A DNA stretch of 64,000 nucleotides from an uncultured Candidatus Babeliaceae bacterium (GCA_963704655.1 OY969927.1:64001-128000); one strand, 5' to 3'. Shown: positions 22,949-33,661, counted from the stretch's first letter. Numbers and translations are program-made. The notes: a model not told the origin generated them from the sequence alone.

Positions 22949-23374
22949 CTAGTAGCGATCTTTGTTTCCACGGAATCCGCCGGTAGAAGAACCTGAACGG
23001 AAACCAGTACCAGGGGTACGTTCGCGTGAAGCACCGAAGCCGCCTTGTGAGCCGCCGCCGTTGCTGCTTCTGTAACCGCCTTGTGAGCTGCCGCCGCTTC
23101 TAAAGCCGCCGCCTTGACCAGGTGTGCGAGGTTGTGGTGGACGTGCAGTGTTAACACGGATTCTTTGACCTTCAAGATCAGAGTTGTCAAGTGCATTAAT
23201 AGCTTGTTGAGCTTGCTCTTCGTCTTCCATTGTCAAGAATGCAAAACCACGTGGCTCTCCAGTAAACTTGTCGGTCATGATTTTAACTGACGAGACTGCG
23301 CCAAATGCTTCGAAAAGCTTACGTAACGCGTCTTCAGTAACTGTGCGGGAGAGGTTCCCAACGTAAATATTCAT
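22949..23374 (-). CDS. RRM (RNP-1) RNA-binding protein with Gly-rich tail
   Basis: RNP2 IYVGNL, RNP1 RGFAFLTM, GGGFRSGG tail. Confidence 0.93.
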   Translation of the reverse strand: MNIYVGNLSRTVTEDALRKLFEAFGAVSSVKIMTDKFTGEPRGFAFLTMEDEEQAQQAINALDNSDLEGQRIRVNTARPPQPRTPGQGGGFRSGGSSQGGYRSSNGGGSQGGFGASRERTPGTGFRSGSSTGGFRGNKDRY

Positions 23375-23558
23375 AAAAAAACTCACTTAAAAAAAATAAA
23401 ACAATTAGACTTGAACAAATCTTGAAGATTTTTCAGAGCCTTTTCAAGCATAACACAATTTACGGTTTTTACAATATAGTGTAAACTTACCCAAGTGCTC
23501 ACTAATATTAATGTACCTTATAAAGGGTACAGGTAACTATATAACTCAAAGCGTATTT

Positions 23559-24734
23559 ATGAAACAATCATTCGTTCAATCATCTATTCTGTCTGTCGCA
23601 TTGGCTATATTTGCTATGCTTTTTGGCTCTGGTAACATTGTCTACCCGCTTGGTCTTGGCCGAGATATGGGCGATATGGCTCTCTACGCTATGATTGGCT
23701 TTTCTGTAACTGCCGTGCTTGTCCCTTTACTTGGTATTATTGTCATGACGCTTTACGATGGTAGTTATGAGTCCTTTTTTGCCACTATTGGCAAAGTTCC
23801 AGGGAAAATCGTTATTTTTTGCTGTATGCTCTTGGTTGGCCCATTTTGTATAATTCCTCGTTCAATTTCTTTAGCTCATGGTTCATTGAGCTGGATATTT
23901 CCGCAACTACAAATTTTTGCTTTTAGTTTGATCGCAACGATAATTCTTTATGCGCTTACAAGCCGTCAATCAGGACTTTTAAATATTTTGGGTAAGATTC
24001 TTGGGCCCTTAAAGCTCTTTTTATTAAGTGCTATTATTGTTAAAGGTTTTTTTGTCGCTGCAAATCCTGTCAATTGTGGTCTATCTGTAGGTTCAGTTCT
24101 TACTCATGGCGCATTTGTAGGGTATGGCACGTTAGATCTTATAGCAGCATTTTTCTTTACGAATATAATTCTTGTTGGGCTTAAACGAAAAACAGGTGAC
24201 CAACAGCTGAGCAATAAACAGGTTTTATCTATGACATTACAAGGCGGTTTACTTGGAAGCTTGCTTTTAGGCGCCGTTTACGCTGGATTTGTTATAGTTT
24301 CTTCGTTTCAGTCAATGGTCTGCCAAGGTATTGATGAAAAGAAATTATTAAGCGAATTGGCGTTTCAGCTGCTTGGGCAAGCTGGTGGCGTTCTTGCTAG
24401 TGTTACTATTGCTGTAGCGTGTTTAACCACAGCTGTAGCCTTAACTACTGTTTTTGCAGATTATCTTTCAAAAGATTTTTTTAAAAAAACGATTTCATAT
24501 CATATCGCGCTATATATAACATTATTTATAACATTAATTTTTTCTAACTACGGTTTTGCAACTATTATGAAGTTCGCATTACCCGTTGTTAGTATTTTAT
24601 ATCCAGCATTGATTGCATTAGCTCTTGCAAATATTGCCCGTAAGCTTCTTGATATAAACTTTAGTAAAGTAGCTTTTTATGGTGTACTAGCATTAACACT
24701 TTTTATTAACTATATCCCCTTATTATTCAGGTAA
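23559..24734 (+). CDS. brnQ: branched-chain amino acid transport system II carrier
   Basis: AIFAMLFGSGNIVYP, GPFCIIPR, GYGTLDLIAA, ACLTTAVAL, LYP. Confidence 0.88.
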   Translation: MKQSFVQSSILSVALAIFAMLFGSGNIVYPLGLGRDMGDMALYAMIGFSVTAVLVPLLGIIVMTLYDGSYESFFATIGKVPGKIVIFCCMLLVGPFCIIPRSISLAHGSLSWIFPQLQIFAFSLIATIILYALTSRQSGLLNILGKILGPLKLFLLSAIIVKGFFVAANPVNCGLSVGSVLTHGAFVGYGTLDLIAAFFFTNIILVGLKRKTGDQQLSNKQVLSMTLQGGLLGSLLLGAVYAGFVIVSSFQSMVCQGIDEKKLLSELAFQLLGQAGGVLASVTIAVACLTTAVALTTVFADYLSKDFFKKTISYHIALYITLFITLIFSNYGFATIMKFALPVVSILYPALIALALANIARKLLDINFSKVAFYGVLALTLFINYIPLLFR

Positions 24735-24739
24735 TAAAT

Positions 24740-26017
24740 ATGCATTCTGAATTTCTTGTTCTTGAAAAATCACCGGCTTTGCAGGGCGTTTCAGATTTAG
24801 GTGGCGCAAAAAATGCCGTTTTAGTCATTATGGCCTCCCTCATTTTAACATCAGGAAAAAGCACTCTTCATAATGTACCCTTTTCTCATGACGTTTTTCA
24901 GATGATTTCACTGCTAGAGTCTCTTGGCGCCTATGTATATATCGATGGCGATACCCATACGCTTATTATCGATACGACAAATATTTCTAATTGTGCCGTA
25001 AGTGCCGATATCATGAAAAAGATGCGTGCGTCTATTTTGGTCATGGGGCCACTTTTGGCCCGTTTTGGCAAAGCGGCCATAGCACTTCCTGGTGGCTGTC
25101 TTATTGGTGATCGCCCTGTTGATATGCACTTAAATGCGTTTGCGCGCATGGGGGCAGAAATTTCTCTTGATGGCTCCTATTTGTACGCCCAGGCAAGCCA
25201 CTTGAAAGCGCAGAAATTTATCTTGGCCTATCCAAGCGTAGGCGCTACTGAAAATATTATGATGGCTGCGACCCTTACGCATGGTAAAACCACCATTGTT
25301 AATGCGGCATTAGAGCCTGAAGTTTTTGATTTGGTTGCCATTTTAAAGCAGATGGGTGCTCAGGTAAACCTATTGCCTGCTGGAATTATTGAAGTTATTG
25401 GGGTGCAAGAACTTAAACCTGTAATTCATACTATTATTATGGACCGTCTAGAGGCTGGTACGCTTTTACTTGCAGCAGCAGTTACCGGGGGTGAAATTAC
25501 TTTGCCTCAAGGTCCGGGCCATTCACTAGAAGTCTTTTTAGAAAAACTTTGCGAAATGGGCCATTCTGTTGATATTGGCATCGATGGTGTTGGTATCTAT
25601 CTTAAAGCGACAAAAACGCCACGAGCAGTATCATTTAAGACTATGCCTTACCCAGGCTTTCCAACCGATTTGCAAGCGCCTATGATGGTTGCGCAATGCC
25701 TTGCTGATGGCACCAGTATTATTACTGAAACTGTTTTTGAAAATCGCATGTTGCATGTGCGTGAATTACAAAAAATGGGCGCGCATATTGAACTTGAGGG
25801 CATGGTTGCAAAAATCAAAGGCGTTGACACCCTTTACGGTGCGCAATTAATTGCGCCCGATATTCGTGCATCAGCTGCATTGGTTATTGCAGGGATCGCT
25901 GCACAGGGGACATCAACTATGTCCGGTATTCACCATCTCTTGCGCGGATATCAGGACCTTTGTGGAACATTACAAAAACTCGGCGCACGTATTACCGTAA
26001 AATCAGAAGTTATTTAA
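24740..26017 (+). CDS. murA: UDP-N-acetylglucosamine 1-carboxyvinyltransferase
   Basis: GAKNA, MRASILVMGPL, LPGGCLIGDRPVDMH (catalytic Cys), SVGATEN, YPGFPTDLQA. Confidence 0.97.
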   Translation: MHSEFLVLEKSPALQGVSDLGGAKNAVLVIMASLILTSGKSTLHNVPFSHDVFQMISLLESLGAYVYIDGDTHTLIIDTTNISNCAVSADIMKKMRASILVMGPLLARFGKAAIALPGGCLIGDRPVDMHLNAFARMGAEISLDGSYLYAQASHLKAQKFILAYPSVGATENIMMAATLTHGKTTIVNAALEPEVFDLVAILKQMGAQVNLLPAGIIEVIGVQELKPVIHTIIMDRLEAGTLLLAAAVTGGEITLPQGPGHSLEVFLEKLCEMGHSVDIGIDGVGIYLKATKTPRAVSFKTMPYPGFPTDLQAPMMVAQCLADGTSIITETVFENRMLHVRELQKMGAHIELEGMVAKIKGVDTLYGAQLIAPDIRASAALVIAGIAAQGTSTMSGIHHLLRGYQDLCGTLQKLGARITVKSEVI

Positions 26018-26018
26018 T

Positions 26019-26108
26019 TCCCGCTCACCCTGACACTTCGTCAAGCTCAGCGCTAAAGACAAGTTGCCTGCCCACCGAAGCTTTATGCGTAGGTCGGGTC
26101 GAAGGGTT
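26019..26108. repeat. composite GC-rich palindromic REP-like element, copy 2
   Basis: CCGCTCACCCTGA...GTCGAAGGGTT enclosing CTTCGTCAAGCTCAG and GCCTGCCCACCGAAGCT...GCGTAGGT; shares motifs with 2688-2740 and 33780-33882. Confidence 0.55.
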
Positions 26109-26127
26109 GGAGATATCAAAGATCTTC

Positions 26128-27399
26128 TTATTTAGGTGCCCGCTTTACCACCTGTAACGCTTTAACTGCAGCTTGAGTTGCTTGTGCTGCTGTTGGTCGT
26201 ATCGGTTGCGCGCTTGTGTTAACTATTTTGCCAGGCAGGTTAATGTTGGTCATTTGATTTAGCCGTGGTTTTATTTCTAATCCTAAAATATTCCTCATGA
26301 CAGGGTGTTTTTCTGTGGGGTTCAAGGTGCCATATTTTTTAAAATAGGGCTCATAAATTAATGGATATAAGGTATTGCCAAATTGTTTAAAGCTTTGGTT
26401 TGTTGGTAGGTTTTTTAAATAATTAATGCGATATAAACTTGAAGGATGGGTAAAATTGTGGGGCTCAAAAGGGTTTGTTATGTTAGCCAGTCCTTCAGTT
26501 CCTCTTAGATATTTACCAAAGTAGTTAGAGATACCTGGTCCAAAACCGTATGTTGCTGCAAAAAGATCAGCGCGATATTCTTTAAAATAGTTATAATTGA
26601 GGTTCTTTTCTGGGGTTAATTTAGGGGCAAACATTGCACAACGCTCTTGATCGTTATAATAATGGTGCCCCAGTTCATGGAGAATTACGCCTTTTATGCT
26701 ATCCTCATCATAATTTTTGAAAAGTGAGGTACTTAAAATGATTACTGGTTGTTCTAGCGACAATGATTTTAATTTTAAATTAAAGAAGCTTGCTTCATCA
26801 TCTTGAGTTATATAAATTTTTGGAGTAGTTAGATTATTTGCCTTACTAATTTTTTCGATAAAATTATTGAGGTTTTTGTAGTTTTTACCTATTTGTAGAC
26901 AAAAATCACTGCAACTTTTTAATAGTTTTCTTTCGGTTGTTACTTTTAGAAATAATCTTCGTTGATTGCTGAAAATATTAATTACTTTTTCTCTATCTGT
27001 ATTGTTTGTGAAAGGGTAATTTGAAAGAATTCCTCTGGCGCTAAATAGAAATTTTAAAATCTCCTCGCTAATTTTTTCATAATTTTGCTCTAACGTTACA
27101 TGATCAAGTTTATTCCCAAGCATTTGGGGAATTACAAAAAATCCTGAGGGGGTATTAAGAAGCTGTTGTAATTTGCTATCTTGGATAGCCATAATCTTTT
27201 CCTTAATTCTTAATACATCGTCTAAAAGTTTTTTTGAATTATAATATGGCTGCATTGATGCAAAAAAGCTATCTCCCTCATTGCGCATAAAAGTTTTAAA
27301 TTCATCTTTTATGGAACTTTCGGCGGCTTCTTGAGCGCTCAGTAAACAAACTGGTATTAAAAACAGAACATTTAGTCTTTTAAAATATAATAAAGTCAC
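26128..27399 (-). CDS. exported M48-like zinc metallopeptidase
   Basis: Signal peptide; GVILHELGH (HEXXH), EYRADLFA, THPSSLYRI. Confidence 0.8.
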   Translation of the reverse strand: MTLLYFKRLNVLFLIPVCLLSAQEAAESSIKDEFKTFMRNEGDSFFASMQPYYNSKKLLDDVLRIKEKIMAIQDSKLQQLLNTPSGFFVIPQMLGNKLDHVTLEQNYEKISEEILKFLFSARGILSNYPFTNNTDREKVINIFSNQRRLFLKVTTERKLLKSCSDFCLQIGKNYKNLNNFIEKISKANNLTTPKIYITQDDEASFFNLKLKSLSLEQPVIILSTSLFKNYDEDSIKGVILHELGHHYYNDQERCAMFAPKLTPEKNLNYNYFKEYRADLFAATYGFGPGISNYFGKYLRGTEGLANITNPFEPHNFTHPSSLYRINYLKNLPTNQSFKQFGNTLYPLIYEPYFKKYGTLNPTEKHPVMRNILGLEIKPRLNQMTNINLPGKIVNTSAQPIRPTAAQATQAAVKALQVVKRAPK

Positions 27400-27478
27400 T
27401 GTTTCCCCCTTTTAGCGCACTTTATTCTATTATAAAATAATTATGGGTTCGTTTACTAGATTTGATCGTTTTTTGAAG

Positions 27479-27940
27479 TTAACTACAAAGAATTTTAATT
27501 ATGTGCAAAATAGAGACAAGTGAATTAAAATGAGGTTTGGGTGCTTGAAGCTTTGGCCGTTCTTCAACTACCCATTTTACATAGCCTTCATCAAGAAGGT
27601 CATCGGTTTTAACATGACAAAGGTACAATGTATCTTCGGGTAATTCAAAGGTGCCCTTATGTGATATCGTAATTTTATCCTGCACGTTCAGCTCTGTAAT
27701 AATTCGATAATTCTCTTGTATTGGAGCATGTGAGGGTAATACTATCTGTGCGTGCCAGTTGTCATGGGTTTGATTTAAAAGATCTTCTAAGACCCCGCGT
27801 GTTTCTTCAATGTTGCTACTATGAATAATAATATTGACTCGTGGGCCTGTTGGCACTCGCGGTGCTGGCAAAATGCATAAAAGATTGTGCGTTATTAAGC
27901 TTATTACGATTGTTATAGATAGAAAAGCTGTGCGCTTCAT
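27479..27940 (-). CDS. exported hypothetical protein with degenerate GT2-like N-terminal fold
   Basis: VNIIIHSSN...LLNQTHDNW and YLCHVKTDD resemble GT2 N-terminal motifs. Confidence 0.5.
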   Translation of the reverse strand: MKRTAFLSITIVISLITHNLLCILPAPRVPTGPRVNIIIHSSNIEETRGVLEDLLNQTHDNWHAQIVLPSHAPIQENYRIITELNVQDKITISHKGTFELPEDTLYLCHVKTDDLLDEGYVKWVVEERPKLQAPKPHFNSLVSILHIIKILCS

Positions 27941-27946
27941 GCTTTC

Positions 27947-28762
27947 TCACTTATCTAGTAATGAGCTTGAAAGTTCAGTAAGCTCTTTAGTGACTTTTGC
28001 TTGCCGAAGTTTATTGTATTCAAGTTTCATTTCAGTAAGCAAGTTTTTTGCGTTACGTGTAGAATTGTCCATAGAAAGCGCGCGGGCACTGTTTTCCGCC
28101 CGTAGTGACTCAAGTAATAGCTGAAAAAGCTGATTTTTCAAAGTTAAATTACCAATATATTCTGCTATTTCTGTTACCGGCTGTTCTGTTTTAAAAGCTG
28201 GTTCTGCTGCCCCATTTTGATACACGTAGTTTAAGGACAAAACGGTTTTTTGCGGGCGCTGCAGAAAGATAGACGCATTATAGTTGCTCACAACTACAAT
28301 CGAGTCATACTCAGTTTTAAGTTTCATGAACAAATTAAATATAGTATCGGCTTTTTCAGATAGTGTTGTAAGCGAGTAGGTTAGTTTATCATTAAGAATA
28401 TCCATCTTTGCAGATGCGCAAAAGTCATAGGCATAGGGCCCCAAAGCAATGCAACTAAATTGCGCCGCGCGGTCTTTTTGCAGCTCTTTTATAAAATTAA
28501 AAAGCGTTATATTAAAACTTCCGCAAAACCCCTTTTGTGAGCCGATAATAAGATACACAGGTTTTTGTGCCGATCCAGATTTAAAGCCTAATCCCAACTC
28601 TTTGGTAAGGTTCTCTAGCTGCTGAGTATAAAGCTGTAAAGCTTTTTTCTTGCTCCCCACTCGTGAAAGGGTAGACATAGAAATAAGTTGCATAGCATGC
28701 GCTGTCTTGCGTATATTAGTAATAACTTTAATGCGTTCAGCAATAGTAATAAGTTGAGACAT
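27947..28762 (-). CDS. atpG: F0F1 ATP synthase gamma subunit
   Basis: AMQLIS, KGFCGSFN, AENSARALSMDNSTRNA, YNKLRQAKVTKEL. Confidence 0.9.
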   Translation of the reverse strand: MSQLITIAERIKVITNIRKTAHAMQLISMSTLSRVGSKKKALQLYTQQLENLTKELGLGFKSGSAQKPVYLIIGSQKGFCGSFNITLFNFIKELQKDRAAQFSCIALGPYAYDFCASAKMDILNDKLTYSLTTLSEKADTIFNLFMKLKTEYDSIVVVSNYNASIFLQRPQKTVLSLNYVYQNGAAEPAFKTEQPVTEIAEYIGNLTLKNQLFQLLLESLRAENSARALSMDNSTRNAKNLLTEMKLEYNKLRQAKVTKELTELSSSLLDK

Positions 28763-28829
28763 TCGCTAACCTTTAGGTTAAGCAGGTTAAGAAACTAAGC
28801 TTTATTGAGTATACTAAAAAGTAGTTAAG

Positions 28830-29405
28830 ATGAATATATTTATTGATGCCTATAACCTTTTAAAACAACTTCATGCCGTTACGCAAGTAACTGCTGCCCA
28901 GAAGAATCTCTTTATGGATCAGCTCAAGCGCTTTGCCCGCAGCAAGGGGCACCATATCTATCTGGTGTATGATGGCGGTGAATCCTCGCGTCCAGAATCT
29001 GAACATTCAGGGCCGGTAACTATTATTCATTCTGGCTATAAACTGAGCGCTGACGATGTGATCAAACAAAAAATATCACATTATGCCCATGAGCATACTA
29101 TTTTAGTCTCAGATGACCGGCAGCTTTGCGACCATGTTGCCATGGCTGGTTACGCTGCGTTAGGGACAGCAAACTTTTATAAACTTATGAAATCTGATAT
29201 TCAAAAAGAACAGGCGGCTTTTATTAAACGGGGCGTTGCCCATAAAAATCCTGGATATGCCAGTACGCCTGAGCTTGACCAGCTGATGCAGCAAGCAGGC
29301 TCTGAAGGGTATTATAAAGATGAAGAAGCCCTTTCAGAATTTTCCCATCCACAACAGTTATCAAAAAAAGAAAAAAAATTAAAAAAGTTAGTAAAAAAAT
29401 TATGA
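28830..29405 (+). CDS. NYN domain ribonuclease (YacP/Rae1-like)
   Basis: FIDAYNL, LVYDG, SADDVI, LVSDDRQL. Confidence 0.8.
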   Translation: MNIFIDAYNLLKQLHAVTQVTAAQKNLFMDQLKRFARSKGHHIYLVYDGGESSRPESEHSGPVTIIHSGYKLSADDVIKQKISHYAHEHTILVSDDRQLCDHVAMAGYAALGTANFYKLMKSDIQKEQAAFIKRGVAHKNPGYASTPELDQLMQQAGSEGYYKDEEALSEFSHPQQLSKKEKKLKKLVKKL

Positions 29406-29827
29406 ATAAAACAATAACGTATAATCTTAATGATCTGCCAAAAATAGTAGCTGAGCTTAAAACGCTCATGGAAACGCATCGTATCTTTGCATTTACTGGT
29501 TCGCTTGGCGCCGGCAAGACCACCCTTATTCGCAGTTTGCTGCAAGCATGCGGCGTAACGGGCGTTATTTCAAGCCCTACATTCACCTATGTAAATATAT
29601 ATTCAAACAATGTAAATCAAAAATTTTACCATTTTGATCTGTATCGTATAGTGCATCCGCAAGAATTTATTGATGCCGGTTTTGATGAATATCTTAATGA
29701 CCCACAGGCTTATGTCTTTATCGAATGGCCAGAAATTATTAAGCCATTATTAAAAAATAATGTATGCTTTATTTTGCTAGAATATGTAGCAGAAGATCAA
29801 AGATCTATCACAATACAGCGTGTTTAA
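29402..29827 (+). CDS. tsaE: tRNA threonylcarbamoyladenosine biosynthesis ATPase
   Basis: GSLGAGKTT, SSPTF, HFDLYRI, FIEWP. Confidence 0.95.
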   Translation: MNKTITYNLNDLPKIVAELKTLMETHRIFAFTGSLGAGKTTLIRSLLQACGVTGVISSPTFTYVNIYSNNVNQKFYHFDLYRIVHPQEFIDAGFDEYLNDPQAYVFIEWPEIIKPLLKNNVCFILLEYVAEDQRSITIQRV

Positions 29828-29844
29828 ACGGAAGGATTTATCAT

Positions 29845-30585
29845 ATGAAAAAATGTTTTTTTATACTTGTATTACTTATAACTTTAGATATATGCGCAAT
29901 GGAGCCAAAATGTCGATTAGATAGATTGTCTTCTTTGCAGCAATTAGCTCCTGAAGTACAGGCTGCAGTAATTCGTGATGCTGTTGTTAAAGTAATGCCA
30001 GATTTTAATAAAAAATTTAGTCAATATTTTTGGGATGAAGCTGGGAAATTTTGGTTAACTTCAATAGAGCCTCTAATGCCTACTTTCGCGGCGGGTATTT
30101 TTTTGAATGGCGCTCTAAAGAATGCTTCGGGCCAAGCTATCAAATCGGATAAAGATGCGTCATTGTCGGATCAATTTAAAGCAGATAATATTGCTCAACT
30201 TAGCGTGAATCCTATCGAGCGTATAATTATTATTGGTGATACAAAAATACATCAATCAATTCAGAGTCATCGTTATTATAGCATGCAGTGCTTAAGAACC
30301 CTTCTTACATTGCAAAAACTGTACAATCGTGTGGATGAGGTAATGCAAAAATTGAAAGCTAATCCGAATGATCCTTACATTGGTAATCGTTACGTTGATG
30401 TTGATAATGCTGGTTATGGTGTTGTATGGACCGCTCAACAATTGTCAGACAAGAATGATCGTCAGCTTATTGATGATGCATTGGGATCATTAAATACGCG
30501 TATGGTCCAAAAGTTTACTTCAGACTTTAGGCCGATTTCTTACTCTAACTTGATGAGTAAGGATCTGACAGTCATAAATCAATAA
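29845..30585 (+). CDS. exported hypothetical protein
   Basis: Signal peptide MKKCFFILVLLITLDICA after an AAGGA RBS. Confidence 0.65.
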   Translation: MKKCFFILVLLITLDICAMEPKCRLDRLSSLQQLAPEVQAAVIRDAVVKVMPDFNKKFSQYFWDEAGKFWLTSIEPLMPTFAAGIFLNGALKNASGQAIKSDKDASLSDQFKADNIAQLSVNPIERIIIIGDTKIHQSIQSHRYYSMQCLRTLLTLQKLYNRVDEVMQKLKANPNDPYIGNRYVDVDNAGYGVVWTAQQLSDKNDRQLIDDALGSLNTRMVQKFTSDFRPISYSNLMSKDLTVINQ

Positions 30586-30692
30586 CAATAGCAGATAATT
30601 AACGGTGAAAAAAAAGTTTTTAGTTCTCTAGATAATCTCCCAGAGCCACTATTTTTATCGTTTAGCAATCTTTTAAAACAGAAGAATGTTTT

Positions 30693-31307
30693 GTGAAAAT
30701 GTTACTTTTTGATTTTGATGGCACGTTAGCAGACTCTCTATATGCACTTTTAGAGTGTGTTAATGATAATGCTGATTATTATGGCTATAAAAAAATTACT
30801 GCTGCCGAATCTTTGAGAAATAAAGATGCGCTTTCGATTATTAAAGAGCTTGGGATCTCTGTCTTTAAGCTCCCATTTGTAGTAAGCACCATTCGTAAGC
30901 AAATGAACACAAAAATTAGCGCCATCGAGCCATTTCCAGGTATCCCTGATGTTCTCAAGCAGCTGCATGAAAACGGTGTCGTTTTGGGAATAATAACCAG
31001 CAATTCGCAAGAAAATGTTAAGATCTTTCTACAAAACAATAATATAAACTTTTTTACCTATATAATTGGTCAAAACAGTATATTTGGTAAAGGCAGAGCA
31101 ATTAAAAAATTCTTGCATAATAATGGCATAAACCCAGCAGACGTTATATATATAGGCGATGAAGTGCGCGATATCCAGGCTGCAAAGCAAAATGGTATCA
31201 AATCAGCTGCCATTACGTGGGGATTTAATGATCTTGCAGCATTGCAAGCGCAAAAACCAGATTTTATTATTAATAAACCAGAAGATCTACGTGAATTACT
31301 TTCTTAA
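30693..31307 (+). CDS. HAD-superfamily hydrolase (phosphoglycolate phosphatase-like)
   Basis: FDFDGTL, IITSN, YIGDEVRDI, ITWGF. Confidence 0.9.
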   Translation: MKMLLFDFDGTLADSLYALLECVNDNADYYGYKKITAAESLRNKDALSIIKELGISVFKLPFVVSTIRKQMNTKISAIEPFPGIPDVLKQLHENGVVLGIITSNSQENVKIFLQNNNINFFTYIIGQNSIFGKGRAIKKFLHNNGINPADVIYIGDEVRDIQAAKQNGIKSAAITWGFNDLAALQAQKPDFIINKPEDLRELLS

Positions 31308-31335
31308 AAAATACTCTTTTTTTTCAAGAAACTTA

Positions 31336-31950
31336 TTAAACTTTATTTATTTCATAGGCGGTTTTATAAGCTTCTCGGTGTTCGGTATCAGCAATCTCTT
31401 CAAAAGTTGGGTTTCCCTGTAAATCAACTTTATAGCTTGTTGGCTTGCTAATTCCGGTACTTTTTATTGCATCGCCGTGCCAATGGTGCGCATGTTCTGG
31501 ATGTTTAATTTCACTCCATTCTTGGGCACCGGTAAAATTCTCACCTAAATTTTGCCAGTGTAATGCCTGTTCTAAAAATGGTATGTTAAAACAATCGCAA
31601 AACATCCGCACTGTTTCTTGTGGATTGTTATACAGGTCTTCCGTAAATATAATTACTGGTTTATTAACGGCAACATCTTTAACTTTTTCAAAAATCTCAT
31701 AACTTGATTGGTAACCAATTAAATCGTTAAGTTTTTTATCAAGACGATGCATTTTTTTATAAAATGAGATAGTTGTGTCATGCGGCTTTCTGAGTAAAAA
31801 GACAAAATGGACATTCGGGTTATTCATAAACTCAGTATCTTCCAGTAAGAAATCTTTAACCGCAAAGCCCATCTCTTTGACAAATACCGGTGACTGCTCT
31901 GCAGCAGAAATAATCTGAGCTTGAACTTCTTGGTAGGATGCTGGGCTGTA
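31336..31950 (-). pseudogene. sulfotransferase-like protein fragment, N-terminally truncated
   Basis: VFVKEM...FLLRKP...EDLYNNP...IPFLEQALHW; the frame closes at a TAA near 31951 with no start codon or P-loop region upstream. Confidence 0.55.
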
Positions 31951-32074
31951 TTATAGTTTTGTTGTGCAGATAAGCCATGATCTGCAAGATTACGCACAGC
32001 AAACGTGGCAAGAAAGCGTCTCTTTGCTTAATGCACTTGCCAAAGAATGCGCAGACGCAGGCGATGATACTAGT

Positions 32075-33013
32075 TTAGTCAATTTTAAAATGAATCTCTT
32101 GAGAGGCTAATGTGAAAGATTCATTCATATTTTCAGAATAGTTAGTTAACTTTAAAATGTGTGATATAAGTTCATCTGGTAAATGCTTCCTGAGTCCTAA
32201 AATTGCAAATTTTGCACGGCTTCCAAACCAATAATACCATATTAACCAATCTGCAAGATCCTTCTGTTTATTTTTGCGTAAATACGTTATCGCGTCATTT
32301 GCCGTATCAAGGTCAGATCCATAATCTATAAAGAGTTCAAAAAATTTTTTTCGGGGATTTTTTAACTGCCAATCCTCCCTATAGCTCACTCTCAGAAGAT
32401 GTTGATTTCTATGCGTCATAAGTGCAGGATATAGTTTCAAAAGACTTTGCAGATATTCAAGGCTGTTCCATTGAGTAAGCGCTACGTCCAGTGCTGAAAT
32501 CTGAATTTTTTTGCCTTCCGGTATTGGTTGTACTTCTTTAAAAACGGGCACGCCATTTTTTAATAATAAATAAAGTGATTTTTTATCTTTGCAACAAGAC
32601 CATATATTTTCAAAATCTGTTTTTAATAAATGATCTTTATGCAAACCTTTTTCAAAATATAATTGTGCTAATGATAAGTCGTTATTGTAGAAAGCTCCCT
32701 GAAATGCTCCGCGATGTAACGTCAACTTATCAGCATCTTTAAATTCGGAATTTGGGTCAGCGCCTGCAAGCAATGCACACGCTATTTTTGGTCGATTAAT
32801 ACGGTAGTGGTTTGGAGTACCTCGTGATGACAAAGAATATTTTTTTAACCGGTTGTTTTTTATAGCTTGGGGCGCAATGCTAAGCATTCGGTAACGCCGG
32901 CTATCTTTAAGATCACTATAATTTAATGGAGAATAAGAACCTTCAGTTGCATAGAGAGTTGGAAGAACTAATAATATGAAAATTAGATTTATATTCATAT
33001 AATATGTATTCAT
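32075..33013 (-). CDS. exported ankyrin-like protein with C-terminal F-box-like motif
   Basis: LLAGADPN, LLLKNG, SALDVA, LFIDYGSD ankyrin-like segments; C-terminal HLPDELISHILK. Confidence 0.6.
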   Translation of the reverse strand: MNTYYMNINLIFILLVLPTLYATEGSYSPLNYSDLKDSRRYRMLSIAPQAIKNNRLKKYSLSSRGTPNHYRINRPKIACALLAGADPNSEFKDADKLTLHRGAFQGAFYNNDLSLAQLYFEKGLHKDHLLKTDFENIWSCCKDKKSLYLLLKNGVPVFKEVQPIPEGKKIQISALDVALTQWNSLEYLQSLLKLYPALMTHRNQHLLRVSYREDWQLKNPRKKFFELFIDYGSDLDTANDAITYLRKNKQKDLADWLIWYYWFGSRAKFAILGLRKHLPDELISHILKLTNYSENMNESFTLASQEIHFKID

Positions 33014-33018
33014 TAAAA

Positions 33019-33516
33019 TTAATATCTTCTTAATCGGTCATTTATAAGCATTGATTGGGTAAATCCCGTATTGATTTCGTCCAAGTATTCTTTTTGAACG
33101 CTTAATTGCTTACGTATATATAGAATTTTATTATGTAGTTCAGCAAGTTTTTTATAGAGCGTGTGGTGTTGCTGGTTAAATTTACGCAGCGCTTCAAGAT
33201 CATCATAGATCTGACTGAGATCAAATTTTAAGAGTCGAGCCATTCTTGCGATTGGTAAAGATCGATCACAACCATATAAAAAAAACTCTGACCATCTTAC
33301 ATCGCTCCGTACGCCAATTACGCGAAGCTCTTGCATAGCTTCTTGGCTCATGGGTTCAAAGCTTAATAACTTTGCATAGCGAGTATTCATGATGTCGTAT
33401 GTTTCTTGAGCATGAGCAAGTGCTTGGCTGGAAGAAGTGGCCCTTTTTGCACATGCAGACAAGAGCAATAGGACTATGAGGGCGATAGAATGGTGAAATG
33501 AGAATAGGTTTTTCAT
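33019..33516 (-). CDS. putative lipoprotein
   Basis: Lipobox LLSAC after a hydrophobic leader; helical body. Confidence 0.65.
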   Translation of the reverse strand: MKNLFSFHHSIALIVLLLLSACAKRATSSSQALAHAQETYDIMNTRYAKLLSFEPMSQEAMQELRVIGVRSDVRWSEFFLYGCDRSLPIARMARLLKFDLSQIYDDLEALRKFNQQHHTLYKKLAELHNKILYIRKQLSVQKEYLDEINTGFTQSMLINDRLRRY

Positions 33517-33661
33517 GAAGATTAACTTTATATTTTGACTATTTTATAGTATGTAATAACCTTATCGAAATGGCTAAAATTGTCAATTATGCTATAATAA
33601 TAGCGATAAATGATTGAAATATTAGGTTGAAATAATTTAAAAAAGCCTTAAACTGTATGTA

